Assembly (NCBI GenBank): GCA_965238075.1
Contig: OZ250173.1
Coordinates: forward strand, 3,136,001-3,200,000
DNA length: 64,000 bases
Source of the DNA: Candidatus Entotheonellaceae bacterium
GTDB lineage: Bacteria; Tectomicrobia; Entotheonellia; Entotheonellales; Entotheonellaceae
Reading direction: 5' to 3'
In this document: in pieces, positions 8,688 to 20,970 of the stretch
Numbering within the stretch: position 1 is the first letter of the stretch
Layout of the letters: every line of letters begins with the position of its first letter
Program-made: the position numbers and the translations under genes
Notes under the pieces: generated by a model
Seen by the model: the letters and a program-made list of their open reading frames with translations, nothing else
Told to the model about the DNA's origin: nothing
Database searches by the model: none

Positions 8688-9998
8688 TCATTTGTGCCTT
8701 AGATGCAAGCGAATCGGGGTGCCAGCAAATGTAAAGTGTTGCCGAAATTGATTTTCCAAGTACCGCTGGTAATAACCTTTGATGCCCTGAGGGTAATTCA
8801 CAAAACATAGAAAAGTCGGAGGTTGGATCGCTGTCTGTAAGGCAAAGGAGAATTTTACAAATTTCCCGCGATACGACGCCGGCGGATGTTGACGGGTAAC
8901 AGCCTTCAAACATTCGTTCAAGGCGGCTGTTGGTATGCGGCGCTTTGACGCCTCAACAACCGTATCAATTAGCGGAAACAGCTTGACGATCCGCATGCCA
9001 CTAAGGGCCGAGATGGTAACGACCGGCGCGTGCGACATGAAGGGTATGGCCTCACGAATGGCACGTACGGAAGCGTCAAACGTCTTGGACGTCTTGTCGA
9101 CGGCATCCCACTTGTTGACAACGATGACGCATGCCTTGCCCTGCCGCTCAATGTAGCTGGCGATTCGGACATCCTGCTCACCCACCTCTGTCGTGGCGTC
9201 TAGCATCAGAACGGCGACTTCGCAATGCTGAATGCGGTTCAGGGTAACTGCCACAGTCGCTTTTTCGAGCACGGCGCCGATGCGGCGCGGCTTGCGCATG
9301 CCGGCTGTGTCCACCAGGGTATAGAACTGCGAATTGGTGCGGACCTGGGTATCAATCGCGTCTCGTGTGGTGCCCGGCGCATCATCCACCAACAGGCGGT
9401 CTTCCCGCAGTATGCAGTTGACCAGCGAAGATTTGCCGACGTTTGGCCTGCCAACGATGGCAACCGACACCCCGGCAGATTCGGCCTCAAGGTCCGAGGC
9501 GGCAGGCAGAACTGTCAAGATCGCGTCGAGCAAATCGCCTAAACCCTGACCATGTTCGGCGGAAATCCAATGCGGGGTGCCGAAACCCAGGCGATGCAGG
9601 GGCGTCAATTCAACATCTGCAGTTGCCCTTTCAGCTTTATTGCCGACGAGTAGCACGGTCTTGCCGGCTTTATGCAGTTGCAACGCAATATCCTGATCCG
9701 CGGCGGTGATTTCCTCCCGACTATCGAGCACAAAGAGAACAACGTCGGCCTCGCCAATCGCTTGCAGGGTTTGATCGTGAACGGCTTCCAACAGGCGGCT
9801 CGTCTCGGTGGGCATGATGCCGCCCGTATCAATCAGACGGAAGGAACACCCAAGCCATTCCGCCACGCCATAATGGCGGTCTCGCGTAACTCCAGCGGTC
9901 TTATCCACCAGTGCGGTGTGGCGGCCAATGATGTGGTTAAACAGGGTGGATTTCCCCACATTGGGGCGTCCGACGATGGCAACGGTAGGCGGTGACAT
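8688..9998 (-). CDS. der: Ribosome biogenesis GTPase Der (EngA)
   Basis: Two GRPNVGKS P-loops, GVTRD/GTTRD, DTGG/DTAG, NKWD, C-terminal FAGTPI. Confidence 0.98.
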   Translation of the reverse strand: MSPPTVAIVGRPNVGKSTLFNHIIGRHTALVDKTAGVTRDRHYGVAEWLGCSFRLIDTGGIMPTETSRLLEAVHDQTLQAIGEADVVLFVLDSREEITAADQDIALQLHKAGKTVLLVGNKAERATADVELTPLHRLGFGTPHWISAEHGQGLGDLLDAILTVLPAASDLEAESAGVSVAIVGRPNVGKSSLVNCILREDRLLVDDAPGTTRDAIDTQVRTNSQFYTLVDTAGMRKPRRIGAVLEKATVAVTLNRIQHCEVAVLMLDATTEVGEQDVRIASYIERQGKACVIVVNKWDAVDKTSKTFDASVRAIREAIPFMSHAPVVTISALSGMRIVKLFPLIDTVVEASKRRIPTAALNECLKAVTRQHPPASYRGKFVKFSFALQTAIQPPTFLCFVNYPQGIKGYYQRYLENQFRQHFTFAGTPIRLHLRHK

Positions 9999-10037
9999 TG
10001 AACGTTTACCTGAGTTAGAGCACTTGGGCGGCAGAAC

Positions 10038-11456
10038 CTAGGCGTCAAAAAGCCGCCTGCGGCGACTGGCGGGCGGAATGTGCAGCTCCTGGCGGTATTT
10101 TGCAACCGTGCGCCGGGCGATATTGATGTTCTTATCTCCCAACATGGCCACGAGCTGTTGGTCCGTCAAGGGCTTACGGGTATCTTCTGCCCCCACCATC
10201 TTGCGAATTGTATCCTTGACACTGACGGAGGACATCGCGTCGCCCTGGAAAGATTTCAAGCCGCTGTGGAAGAAGAACTTGAGCTCGAAGACGCCTTGGG
10301 GCGTATGGATGTATTTGTTCGTCGTCACCCGGCTAACCGTTGATTCATGCATGCCGATGTCGTCCGCCACATCTTTCAAGACCAACGGATTCAGATACGC
10401 CAGGCCTTTGTCGAGAAAATCCCGCTGAAACATGCACAAGCTCTTGGAGACCTTCATAAGCGTCTGCCTGCGCTGCTCGATACCCTTGACTAGCCATACC
10501 GCCGACCGAAACTTCTCTTCCAGATAATCCTTCGCGTCCTCTTGCAGCCCAGTGTCGCGGCGTAGCAGTCGTTGGTACTGTGCGTTAATGTTTAGCTTCG
10601 GCACATCGTCGTCGTTGAGCATGATCTGGTAGTCGTCTCCAACCTTTACGACGTATACATCTGGCACAATGTACTCGACCCGACTGGAGACGTATCGATT
10701 GCCGGGTTTGGGGTCCAACTCACGGATGGCCCTGACTGCGGCGAGCACATCCTCAAGCGGGGCATGGAGTGTTTTGGCGATCTTTCTGAAGTTGCGTTCG
10801 TCAATCTGATCGAGATGATAGCGGATGATGCAGGATGCCAGGGAAGCATCCATATCAAGCTGTTGGAGTTGGATGAGCAGGCATTCGCGCAAGTCTCGCG
10901 CGCCTACCCCGGCAGGGTCGAAGCCTTGAATGACCTCCAAGACACCTTCGACCTCGGCGCATGGCACCCCGAAAGTTTCCGACACTTCTTCGGTTTGGCA
11001 GTTCAGGTAGCCGTTCTCGTCGATGTTGCCAATAAGATAAATGCCAATCTGCTTTCCCTGGCCGCTTTGCACCGCCAGGGAAAGTTGCCATAAAAGGTAT
11101 TCTGTTAGCGAGGTTTCGTTGCTTATGGTGGATTCGAGGGAGGGAACCTCCCTGCCAATCTCGGTGGGGAAATTCTCATAACTTCCCTCTTCTTGCAGAT
11201 AGGCCTCCCAGCCCGTTTCAAAATCTTGGCGTCCATCATCGAGGGGTGTTTCGGCAGTTTCCTTTTGTGCTAGGTCGTTGTCAGATTCCTCGGTGGTCGG
11301 AACCTCCTCAAGAAACGGATTCTCAAGCATTTCTTGTTGGATTCTCTCTACCAATTCCAGGCGGGACAGCGGCAAGAGTTTGATCGCCTGCTGCAGGGCG
11401 GCCGTCATGACCAGCCTTTGCGCTGTTCTCAGCGATAGCTTTGCTTCAAGTGCCAC
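10038..11456 (-). CDS. rpoN: RNA polymerase sigma-54 factor
   Basis: LQQAIKLL, DPAGVGARDLRECL, HESTVSR, RpoN box ARRTVAKYR. Confidence 0.98.
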   Translation of the reverse strand: MALEAKLSLRTAQRLVMTAALQQAIKLLPLSRLELVERIQQEMLENPFLEEVPTTEESDNDLAQKETAETPLDDGRQDFETGWEAYLQEEGSYENFPTEIGREVPSLESTISNETSLTEYLLWQLSLAVQSGQGKQIGIYLIGNIDENGYLNCQTEEVSETFGVPCAEVEGVLEVIQGFDPAGVGARDLRECLLIQLQQLDMDASLASCIIRYHLDQIDERNFRKIAKTLHAPLEDVLAAVRAIRELDPKPGNRYVSSRVEYIVPDVYVVKVGDDYQIMLNDDDVPKLNINAQYQRLLRRDTGLQEDAKDYLEEKFRSAVWLVKGIEQRRQTLMKVSKSLCMFQRDFLDKGLAYLNPLVLKDVADDIGMHESTVSRVTTNKYIHTPQGVFELKFFFHSGLKSFQGDAMSSVSVKDTIRKMVGAEDTRKPLTDQQLVAMLGDKNINIARRTVAKYRQELHIPPASRRRRLFDA

Positions 11457-11475
11457 GGTCTGACCTCAAACCGTC

Positions 11476-12225
11476 TCATGACGGGTCATAAGACAGATTA
11501 AATCCTTCCCCCAGATATATCTGCTTGACCTCAACATTTTCTACCAGTTCTTCAGGGGTGCCGTCATACAACACACAGCCGTCGTGTAAGATGTAGGCCC
11601 TGTCGGTAATCTTGAGCGTTTCTTGTACCCGATGATCCGTAATTAGGATGCCAATCCCCTTCTCCTTCAAAGAGCAAACAAAGGTCTGAATGTCATTTAC
11701 CATAATCGGATCAATACCGGTAAAGGGTTCGTCCAACAGAACAAAGCGGGGCGATGTGGCAAGCAGGCGGGCCAGCTCCACCCGGCGCCGTTCGCCGCCC
11801 GATAACGATTGCCCGGGCGTGTCTCGCAGGGCTGTTAAGCGAAACTCCGTCAAAAGTTCCTTCAAGCGTCGGAGACGTTCAGCGCGATTGCCGGAAACCG
11901 TTTCGAGAATGGCGAGAATATTCTCGGCGACCGTCATTTTGCGAAAAATGGAGGCTTCCTGCGGCAGATAGCCGATCCCCAAGCGGGCCCTCTGATGCAT
12001 CGGCAGATGCGTCAGCGCCCTCCCCTCCAAACACACGGTTCCTTTGTCCGGGCGAATCAAGCCCACGACCATGTAAAACGTGGTCGTCTTGCCAGCGCCG
12101 TTGGGTCCCAACAGGCCGACGATCTCCCCGGCCTTTACGTCGATACTGACGTCCTGCACAACCGCCCGGCCCCGGTACGTTTTCCAAATTGCGTGCGTTG
12201 TCAGATGTCCTTGCGAAGGTTTCAT
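11476..12225 (-). CDS. lptB: LPS export ABC transporter ATP-binding protein
   Basis: [39 protein letters not shown]; upstream of rpoN. Confidence 0.97.
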   Translation of the reverse strand: MKPSQGHLTTHAIWKTYRGRAVVQDVSIDVKAGEIVGLLGPNGAGKTTTFYMVVGLIRPDKGTVCLEGRALTHLPMHQRARLGIGYLPQEASIFRKMTVAENILAILETVSGNRAERLRRLKELLTEFRLTALRDTPGQSLSGGERRRVELARLLATSPRFVLLDEPFTGIDPIMVNDIQTFVCSLKEKGIGILITDHRVQETLKITDRAYILHDGCVLYDGTPEELVENVEVKQIYLGEGFNLSYDPS

Positions 12226-12755
12226 GGTTCGCTGCCGGGTGATTGGTTTGGATGGAAGCGTACCCGGGCTCCCTTGACGAGAATTCTTTCTTCTTCAAGG
12301 AAGACGATAATCTCATCGCCAATCAATTCATTCTGTTCGCCGCTGTCCCAAGCACGGGGGTTGCCCACCAGAACAAGCTTTTGATCAGCCTCATAATAAT
12401 CGGCACGTTCGGCGACGGCGCGGCGGGTGCCATCCTGAAAGCGCACGTTGCCGGTGGCAATGATATGTTTGATCTTATTTTCATCAGCATCTCGGACAAC
12501 GCGTAAATGATCGCAGTCGATGGTGAGGCTGCATCGCGTTACGCGGACCCTTTCCTTGAATATGAACGTGTTAGTATCTTGGTCAAACGTCATCTGTTCC
12601 GAAGTTACGTCCAATGTCGCTTCGGATCCTTCGCAATCCGACTGCTGCAAACGCTCCGAAATGGCTGGTTTATCGGATTGCGACTGACTTGCGATGTAAA
12701 CAGGAAGCGCCAGCACCGCCGCGATCACGATGGCAATCCGTTGCAAGGGCATCAC
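12222..12755 (-). CDS. lptA: LPS transport periplasmic protein (LptA/OstA family)
   Basis: Signal peptide, ATGNV, LVGNP, GDEI beta-jellyroll motifs; overlaps lptB start. Confidence 0.88.
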   Translation of the reverse strand: MMPLQRIAIVIAAVLALPVYIASQSQSDKPAISERLQQSDCEGSEATLDVTSEQMTFDQDTNTFIFKERVRVTRCSLTIDCDHLRVVRDADENKIKHIIATGNVRFQDGTRRAVAERADYYEADQKLVLVGNPRAWDSGEQNELIGDEIIVFLEEERILVKGARVRFHPNQSPGSEP

Positions 12756-12773
12756 CCTAACCTCTCACCCACC

Positions 12774-13346
12774 TCAAGGCTGCGGTTGATGAAAAGAGAC
12801 CCTGACTTGTCGTTGCAGGGCAAAGCGCTGCTGATCCACACTGCCGGAAAAACCTGTGCCCACGATATCTATCGCTTCGGCGCTTATCCTCACTTCCGCA
12901 TCCGTGCGCAACGTGCGATTTGCCGCGTCCCAATGGAGTACCGCCGTTTCGAGGTCATATCCCCAAATGGGACGAAGCAGAACGCGACCTTCAACGGTCA
13001 TGTCTCCGGTGGAACTATTAATCTGGCCGCGTTCAGCGGTCAAATGCAACGTTTCAACGTTATGCGGAAAGAATTCGGCTTGCAATTGTTTCACAAGGGC
13101 TAGCCGCCTGGCGTCGTAAAATGCAATTTCCTTCGCAAACAGCTCCCATGACTTTGACTGCTCGGCAGTCGCCTGTTCAATAACGAAAACATCCTGCACC
13201 CACATGCCCGGCGTATCGTCGTTCAGCAATGGATCCGCATACTCAGACTTCTCGGAGCGACCGAGAAACAAGAACTGGAGACGGCTCTCAAGGGTTAGTA
13301 CGACCGCCATTACGCATAAGGCGCCCACAAAAAAATACCATTTCAT
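12774..13346 (-). CDS. lptC: LPS export ABC transporter periplasmic protein LptC
   Basis: N-terminal TM, WELFA, LTAERG, LETAVLHW, GTGF; position before lptA; ATG start at 13346 chosen. Confidence 0.82.
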   Translation of the reverse strand: MKWYFFVGALCVMAVVLTLESRLQFLFLGRSEKSEYADPLLNDDTPGMWVQDVFVIEQATAEQSKSWELFAKEIAFYDARRLALVKQLQAEFFPHNVETLHLTAERGQINSSTGDMTVEGRVLLRPIWGYDLETAVLHWDAANRTLRTDAEVRISAEAIDIVGTGFSGSVDQQRFALQRQVRVSFHQPQP

Positions 13347-13833
13347 CCTGGCGCAACCCCTCAACAGGAGGATTGAAATATCTCGCATAGGTAGTGTCGT
13401 GTGACGTGCATCGCACGGTACGGCGTTCGGAAGGTGCGATCTCAATGCGGACTTGGAGCGGTGATGCGGAGAAAAGAGATGGAAATTTATCGGCCCATTC
13501 AACAATCACGACGCCTCCCGATTCGACATATTCTTCAAAGCCGAGGTCCCAAACATCGTCAGGGCTTGTAAGCCGGTAGAAGTCGAAATGATAAAGGGGG
13601 ACAGACCCTTGATATTCATTCACCAAGGTAAATGTCGGGCTGCGCACGTAGACGGTAGAACTGATGCCCAAACCCTCGGCAAATCCTTGCACAAGCGTTG
13701 TTTTGCCTGCACCCAGCGGGCCGCAGCATGTAATGACATCGCCGCCGCGGGCTTGACTCCCCAAGTAAACACCTACCGCCTTGGTTTCTTCAGCACATGA
13801 TGTGTGCCAGTGCTGTTCGAGGGTAGTCGGCAT
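13288..13833 (-). CDS. tsaE: tRNA threonylcarbamoyladenosine biosynthesis ATPase TsaE
   Basis: GPLGAGKTT, SPTFTLVNEY, HFDFYRL, VEWAD. Confidence 0.96.
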   Translation of the reverse strand: MPTTLEQHWHTSCAEETKAVGVYLGSQARGGDVITCCGPLGAGKTTLVQGFAEGLGISSTVYVRSPTFTLVNEYQGSVPLYHFDFYRLTSPDDVWDLGFEEYVESGGVVIVEWADKFPSLFSASPLQVRIEIAPSERRTVRCTSHDTTYARYFNPPVEGLRQDEMVFFCGRLMRNGGRTNP

Positions 13834-13839
13834 AATGCC

Positions 13840-15219
13840 TCAACAATTTGCCGAGGGGTTCTCTGGCGTGCCCAGTTCGGCCTCAATAGCCTGGCAAATG
13901 TTGCTGGCTAAGGGCGTGAGCGTCGAAACCTCCAGGCCCTCCAGTAAAACACGAGCCACAGGTTCCGTTCCGGATAGTCGGACGAGCACGCGACCGGTAT
14001 CGCCAAGTGTCCGCTCGGCGGTGTCTATGGCAAGCCGAATACTCGGAAAGCTGAGGGGATCACGGCGCTCGGAAAGCCTGACGTTGGTTAACACTTGGGG
14101 AGACCTGTGAAAGCTGCGGGCGAGGTCAACCATAGAGGTCTGACCCATTTGCATGGCTTGCAAGAGTTGTAAAGCCGTAAGCAATCCATCACTCGTTTCG
14201 AGATATTCGGAAAAGATAATGTGTCCGGAGGGTTCCCCTCCTACAACGGCTCCCGTTTGCCGCATCCCCTGCACGACATGTTTGTCACCAACTTGTACGG
14301 TATGCAGGGTGCAATCCAAACGCTGCAGGGCTTGCTTCAAACCCCAGTTGGCCATCACGGTGCTGACGACAGCCTGGGGCGTAAGGTCGCCAACCTTCGA
14401 GAGCATCTCGGCGCAGATGGCGAGGATATTGTCACCGTCGAGCACTTGACCGGTGTGATCCACCACGGTGAGTCGGTCAGCGTCACCATCAAAGGCAAAT
14501 CCGACGTCCAGCTTGCGCGCAACCACGTGCTGCTGGAGAGATTCTGGATGCAATGAGCCGCACTGCTGATTGATGTTGGTCCCGTTTGGTGCCGTGTGCA
14601 GTGCCCAAACCTCAGCTCCTAGCTTTTCAAACAACGCGGGAGCGATCTGGGACGCAGCGCCGTTCGCACAGTCTAGGCCGATACGCGACTGTACCGGGCA
14701 TGTACCGCGAAAGGTGGATTTCAGAAAGTCGACGTAGCGTTGTGCCGCAGTTGAATAGGGTTGGGAACGGCCAACCGCTTTGCCGGTCGGGCGTGGGAGG
14801 GTATCTGGTGAGTCTTGAAGGCGAGCCTCGATTTCCTCTTCAAGGCCCGTTTCGATCTTGGCTCCTGACGGCGAGAAAAATTTGATCCCGTTGTCGGCAT
14901 AGGGATTATGAGAGGCCGAAACCATGACGCCGGCAACTGCCTGTAACTGCCGGGTCAGGTGCCCCACGCCGCCCGATGGGATCACGCCAAGTTGAAGTAC
15001 GTCAACGCCAGCCGAACATAGACCAGCAGTCAGAGCGGCTTCGAGCATTGTCCCCGATAAACGGGTGTCTCGCCCGATGACGAAGCGTGGTCTCGCTTCA
15101 TAACCCGGAGTCGTCAGGATTTCAGCCGCCGCCCGGCCGATGGCCATGGCCGCTTCCGGTGACATCGGCTCAACGTTCGCAACGCCCCGAACGCCATCTG
15201 TGCCAAACAGGTTAGCCAT
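13840..15219 (-). CDS. glmM: Phosphoglucosamine mutase
   Basis: FGTDGVRG, SASHNPYADNGIK, FDGDADR, GGEPSGH, RLSGTEP. Confidence 0.97.
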   Translation of the reverse strand: MANLFGTDGVRGVANVEPMSPEAAMAIGRAAAEILTTPGYEARPRFVIGRDTRLSGTMLEAALTAGLCSAGVDVLQLGVIPSGGVGHLTRQLQAVAGVMVSASHNPYADNGIKFFSPSGAKIETGLEEEIEARLQDSPDTLPRPTGKAVGRSQPYSTAAQRYVDFLKSTFRGTCPVQSRIGLDCANGAASQIAPALFEKLGAEVWALHTAPNGTNINQQCGSLHPESLQQHVVARKLDVGFAFDGDADRLTVVDHTGQVLDGDNILAICAEMLSKVGDLTPQAVVSTVMANWGLKQALQRLDCTLHTVQVGDKHVVQGMRQTGAVVGGEPSGHIIFSEYLETSDGLLTALQLLQAMQMGQTSMVDLARSFHRSPQVLTNVRLSERRDPLSFPSIRLAIDTAERTLGDTGRVLVRLSGTEPVARVLLEGLEVSTLTPLASNICQAIEAELGTPENPSANC

Positions 15220-15279
15220 AAGGCGCCTCTCGTCTCCCCCGCCACGGGCAGATCAACCCAAAAGGCTTCCCCTGTCTTC

Positions 15280-17145
15280 TCACGAAACCGTATTGGAGTC
15301 ATTGGGCAACATGGAAGGAACGACGCCGTTGCCGTTGTTTGACTTGCTGCACTCCGCGACAAGTGCGGCGATCTCGTCGGCATTCAGTTCTTCGCGCTCA
15401 ACGAGGGCTTGGGCAAGGGCGTGCAGGATGTGGATGTTGGCAGAAAGAATGGATTTCGCGCCTTCATAGCCATTGTTCACAAGCCGTTTAACTTCTTCAT
15501 CGATGGCAATGGCCGTGACCTCGCTGTAGTCCTTGTGCTGGGTAATCTCACGCCCGAGGAAAATCTGTTCCTCCTTCATTCCAAAGGCCAGAGGGCCCAT
15601 GCGGTCGCTCATGCCCCACTCGCAGACCATCTTGCGGGCAAGTTCGGTGGCCCGCTCAATGTCATTGCCGGCGCCCGTTGTCGGGTCTTTGAAGATGATT
15701 TCCTCCGCGGCCCTGCCTCCCATGTATATGTGAAGGTTGTTCACCAGGTATTCGCGTGGGTACGCGTGTTTTTCCTCCACAGGGAGTTGCTGCGTAATAC
15801 CTAGGGCCATGCCTCGGGGAATAATTGTGACCTTGTGAATGGGGTCGGTGCCGGGCAGGAGTTTCGCCACCAGCGCATGGCCGGCCTCATGATAGGCGGT
15901 GACCTTCTTTTCCTCATCGCTGATGACCATGCTGCGGCGTTCGGCGCCCATCATGACTTTGTCCTTGGCGCTTTCAAAATCTCGCATGTCAACCTGAGCT
16001 TTGTTATGCCGAGCAGCGAATAGCGCCGCTTCATTGGCAAGGTTGGACAGATCCGCCCCCGAGAACCCCGGCGTGCCGCGCGCCAAGATCGCCAAATCGA
16101 CGTCGCTGGCGAGGGGGATGTCCTTCGTGTGCACAGTCAGAATGCCGGCCCGACCGCGTACATCGGGTCGGGATACCACCACCTGTCGGTCAAACCGTCC
16201 GGGGCGCAAAAGAGCCGGGTCGAGGACATCCGGGCGGTTTGTCGCGGCGATCAGAATGACGCCTTCGTTTGACTCGAAGCCATCCATTTCCACCAAGAGT
16301 TGATTCAGGGTCTGTTCGCGTTCATCGTGTCCGCCGCCCAAGCCGGCGCCCCGATGACGCCCAACCGCGTCGATTTCGTCAATAAACACGATGCACGGTG
16401 CGTGTTTCTTGCCTTGTTCGAACAGGTCCCGCACACGAGACGCGCCCACGCCCACAAACATTTCGACAAAATCCGAGCCGCTGATGCTGAAGAACGGCAC
16501 ATTCGACTCACCCGCAATCGCCCGGGCCAACAACGTCTTACCCGTCCCTGGGGGGCCCATCAACAGAACACCTTTGGGAATTTTCCCGCCCAGTTTCTGG
16601 AAACGTTGCGGATCTTTCAGAAAATCAATGATCTCTTCCAATTCAGCTTTCGCTTCATCGGCCCCCGCGACGTCAGAAAAGGTGGCTTTTTTCTTCTGCT
16701 CGGAAAGCAAGCGGGCGCGGCTTTTTCCGAATGACAGGGCCTTGCTGCCCCCACTCTGCATTTGCCGCATGAAGAACACCCATAGACCGATCAATAACAT
16801 GACCGGTGCCCAGGACAGGAGAAACTGTACAAGGTAAGAGTTCTTTTCCGGGGGTTCGACTTCGATGCCGACTTGGCTGTCGCGGAGAAAGGGAATCAGG
16901 TCGGGGTCTTCCGGGGCATACGTTTTGAACTGGCCGTCAGCACCCTCGCCGCCGACGTACTCACCGGTGATTTCCTCTCCCTGGATGTGTACCGTACGGA
17001 CACGATTCTGCCGTACTTCCTCGATAAAATCGCTGTATGAGATTTCTTGTATGGGCTGACTCGCTGTATTGAAGTAACTCCAGGTGAAGACAAGGATGAG
17101 GCCAAAAACCAACCACAGAGCAAGTTTTTGATAGAATTGGCTCAA
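15280..17145 (-). CDS. ftsH: ATP-dependent zinc metalloprotease FtsH
   Basis: Two TM helices, [26 protein letters not shown]. Confidence 0.99.
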   Translation of the reverse strand: MSQFYQKLALWLVFGLILVFTWSYFNTASQPIQEISYSDFIEEVRQNRVRTVHIQGEEITGEYVGGEGADGQFKTYAPEDPDLIPFLRDSQVGIEVEPPEKNSYLVQFLLSWAPVMLLIGLWVFFMRQMQSGGSKALSFGKSRARLLSEQKKKATFSDVAGADEAKAELEEIIDFLKDPQRFQKLGGKIPKGVLLMGPPGTGKTLLARAIAGESNVPFFSISGSDFVEMFVGVGASRVRDLFEQGKKHAPCIVFIDEIDAVGRHRGAGLGGGHDEREQTLNQLLVEMDGFESNEGVILIAATNRPDVLDPALLRPGRFDRQVVVSRPDVRGRAGILTVHTKDIPLASDVDLAILARGTPGFSGADLSNLANEAALFAARHNKAQVDMRDFESAKDKVMMGAERRSMVISDEEKKVTAYHEAGHALVAKLLPGTDPIHKVTIIPRGMALGITQQLPVEEKHAYPREYLVNNLHIYMGGRAAEEIIFKDPTTGAGNDIERATELARKMVCEWGMSDRMGPLAFGMKEEQIFLGREITQHKDYSEVTAIAIDEEVKRLVNNGYEGAKSILSANIHILHALAQALVEREELNADEIAALVAECSKSNNGNGVVPSMLPNDSNTVS

Positions 17146-17273
17146 GAGAGGCTCCTTAACAGCCGGGATTAATTAAGCCTTGGCTAATCAGCATTTTGCA
17201 ATGCGCGCATCATAACACACCGGTCTTTTCCATGACAAACAACGGCGGGTGGTTCCGTATGCCCTGTCCTGCC

Positions 17274-18671
17274 CTAACGCGTTATTTCAGAGCACGCCAA
17301 TTCCAACACCTGCCGCGTTTTCGGACGGAGCTTGAAGGGCTCTGCGATCCGATATCCAACGACCCACAGGATTTTCGCTCTAGCCAATACCAGAGGGACA
17401 TACGGCCGCATGGCCTTGGGCACCTTATTGTTGACAAAGAAGTCCTGCAGCTTTTGGGAGCCTGCCGCTCCGAGGGGATGAAAGCGGTCGCCGGGCTGAG
17501 GGAATCGTATAGACAGCGGGGACGCAGCCGCGTCCAAGTCCAAGAAAACACGGCGAGGTTCCACTTGGTCCTGCCACCCTTGGGTGAGGCCAAGCGCTCT
17601 GGCGGTGAGTGACAAGGCAAGACCGTGCAGGGTCAGGGTGCCGGGGACTGGCAGGAGGACGGATAAAGAAGTCGGCGGCAGCGCCCTTGCCTGCCATAAC
17701 AAGACGACATCACTGTGCCGTTCGGCTATCAACTGACCTGCAAGCGTTAAGCGTCGTCCAACCTTGTCGTCGTTAACAGCAAACTGCCACAATGCTTCTA
17801 TATCACGAAAGCCCGCCGCATTGCCCGAGTTGGGCAACCGGTCCATGGCATATCGCAGGAGGCGACGTTGCATGGCGAGGGGGGCAGCGGCAAATGGCGC
17901 GCGCCTTATGGCAAGCATCGTGTTGCCAACTCTCCAACTCAGCACTTGCTTTGCCAAATCCTCGGTTCGCTGCTCGAGAACATCGTTGTCGGCACGTAGC
18001 ATGTCGGCCACATGATGCAGCCGCTGGGCGATGTTGGGGTGATATGCCCGCAACGTGGGTATCAGGTCGAGGCGAATCCGACTCCGCAAATAATTTCGGC
18101 TCATATTTGAACTGTCCTCCACCCACGGAATGCCAGCGGCCCGGAGATACTCCAGGATGGAATGCCGATGCACCTCAAGCAGAGGACGAATAAACGGCAT
18201 CCGTTTGGCCGGAATGCCCGCCAATCCGGCAGGGCCGCCCCCGCGCAGCAGCCGCATGAGCAGGGTTTCGGCTTGGTCGTCGGCTGTATGGCCTAAGGCA
18301 ATATGGGTGGCTGCAAGCGAACGGAACAGCGACTGTAGAGCGCCATATCGTAACTGACGGGCGGCGTGCTGCGGCGACAAGCCGGTGCGTCGCTTCAGGG
18401 CTTTGACGTCAACGTTTGTTTTGTGGAAGGGCAAGCCCAGCTTATCTGCGTAGCGTTCGACAAACCGGGCATCTCGAGCGGCCTCCTTGCCTCGAAGCTG
18501 ATGGTTGATGTGGGCCACGATTAACGTCAGGCGGTAAGTCGATTCAAGCCTGTGCAGCAAGGAAAGCAGAGCCATGGAGTCTGCGCCGCCAGAGACTGAC
18601 ACAATGACCTTGGCTCCGGGACATAACAACTCGTGTGCCTCGACAAACCTCTGGACCTCAGCGACAAGCAT
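17274..18671 (-). CDS. tilS: tRNA(Ile)-lysidine synthetase
   Basis: SGGADSMAL, HINHQLR, GHTADDQAET, RPLL, DSSN, C-terminal GDRF/KVP domain. Confidence 0.97.
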   Translation of the reverse strand: MLVAEVQRFVEAHELLCPGAKVIVSVSGGADSMALLSLLHRLESTYRLTLIVAHINHQLRGKEAARDARFVERYADKLGLPFHKTNVDVKALKRRTGLSPQHAARQLRYGALQSLFRSLAATHIALGHTADDQAETLLMRLLRGGGPAGLAGIPAKRMPFIRPLLEVHRHSILEYLRAAGIPWVEDSSNMSRNYLRSRIRLDLIPTLRAYHPNIAQRLHHVADMLRADNDVLEQRTEDLAKQVLSWRVGNTMLAIRRAPFAAAPLAMQRRLLRYAMDRLPNSGNAAGFRDIEALWQFAVNDDKVGRRLTLAGQLIAERHSDVVLLWQARALPPTSLSVLLPVPGTLTLHGLALSLTARALGLTQGWQDQVEPRRVFLDLDAAASPLSIRFPQPGDRFHPLGAAGSQKLQDFFVNNKVPKAMRPYVPLVLARAKILWVVGYRIAEPFKLRPKTRQVLELACSEITR

Positions 18672-18742
18672 AGCTGCCCCGCCAATTCACGCCTGTGACG
18701 ACGCCTTGGCAAACCGATGTGAGGGAGGATCAAAAGGAAGGA

Positions 18743-18816
18743 TGGCGGTGCAGGGACTTGAACCCCGGACACTGCGGATATGAGCCGCATGCTCTGACCA
18801 GCTGAGCTACACCGCC
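18743..18816 (-). tRNA. tRNA-Met(CAT), probably elongator
   Basis: GGCGGTGTAGCTCAGCTGG...TGCGG-CTCATAT-CCGCA...GGTTCAAGTCC...CACCGCCA; paired G1-C72 and no GGG/CCC anticodon stem, so not initiator. Confidence 0.92.
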
Positions 18817-18875
18817 GAGAAAAGGCTAATGAATCCTAAAGTCAGAAGAGGGTGAAGGATGGGAAAAGCGGCGAA

Positions 18876-18904
18876 ACTATAGTCCACTGTCCCTACAACG
18901 TCAA
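18876..18904 (-). promoter_or_regulatory. Sigma70-type promoter for tRNA-Met (and possibly tilS-ftsH)
   Basis: TTGACG-17 nt-TATAGT about 60 nt upstream of the tRNA. Confidence 0.7.
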
Positions 18905-19074
18905 CTCGTTGATCTCTTTGGTTTCTGAAAGCCCACAGGTCATCCGACATGGCAGTTTTGTTGAGAGATTAGATAAACTATTGCCATTTTAGAAGAATAG
19001 AATGATAAGGATTTTATGATTGATATTTCGTTTGAAATATCATAAACACAGTGGAAATCAGCCTGTCGATATTG

Positions 19075-20751
<1,677 letters not shown>

Positions 20752-20778
20752 GGTAGATTCCCTTCCGTTGCCCTCCAA

Positions 20779-20955
20779 CTATACGCTGCCCTTTTTGGAG
20801 GCATCGTTAGCGGCGATAGCGTTGTCCAACTGGGCCCGCAGGGCTTCGATATCCTGTTTCAGCGCACGGTTAGCCTGCGACAGGTAGACGACGTAAGCCC
20901 ACAGGGCGGTCCAGATGATCGTATACGCGGAAAACAGATACCAGAAATTCTTCAC
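20779..20955 (-). CDS. ccmD: CcmD-like heme exporter small subunit (58 aa, not in ORF track)
   Basis: Hand translation MKNFWYLFSAYTIIWTALWAYVVYLSQANRALKQDIEALRAQLD...; aromatic TM plus coiled tail, directly after ccmC, GGAAGG RBS. Confidence 0.85.
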   Translation of the reverse strand: MKNFWYLFSAYTIIWTALWAYVVYLSQANRALKQDIEALRAQLDNAIAANDASKKGSV

Positions 20956-20970
20956 GCTGTCTGCCCTTCC

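Noticed and set aside
18743-18816. tRNA-CAT directly upstream of tilS as the TilS substrate tRNA-Ile2
   Set aside because: Acceptor stem has G4/G5 rather than the C4/C5 typical of Ile2, and the loop ends CATAT; it fits elongator Met better. An isotype-specific model would settle it.
19000-19020. Fur box in the AT-rich tract (TGATAAGGATTTTAT)
   Set aside because: Only a half-site matches well and no iron-related gene starts nearby.
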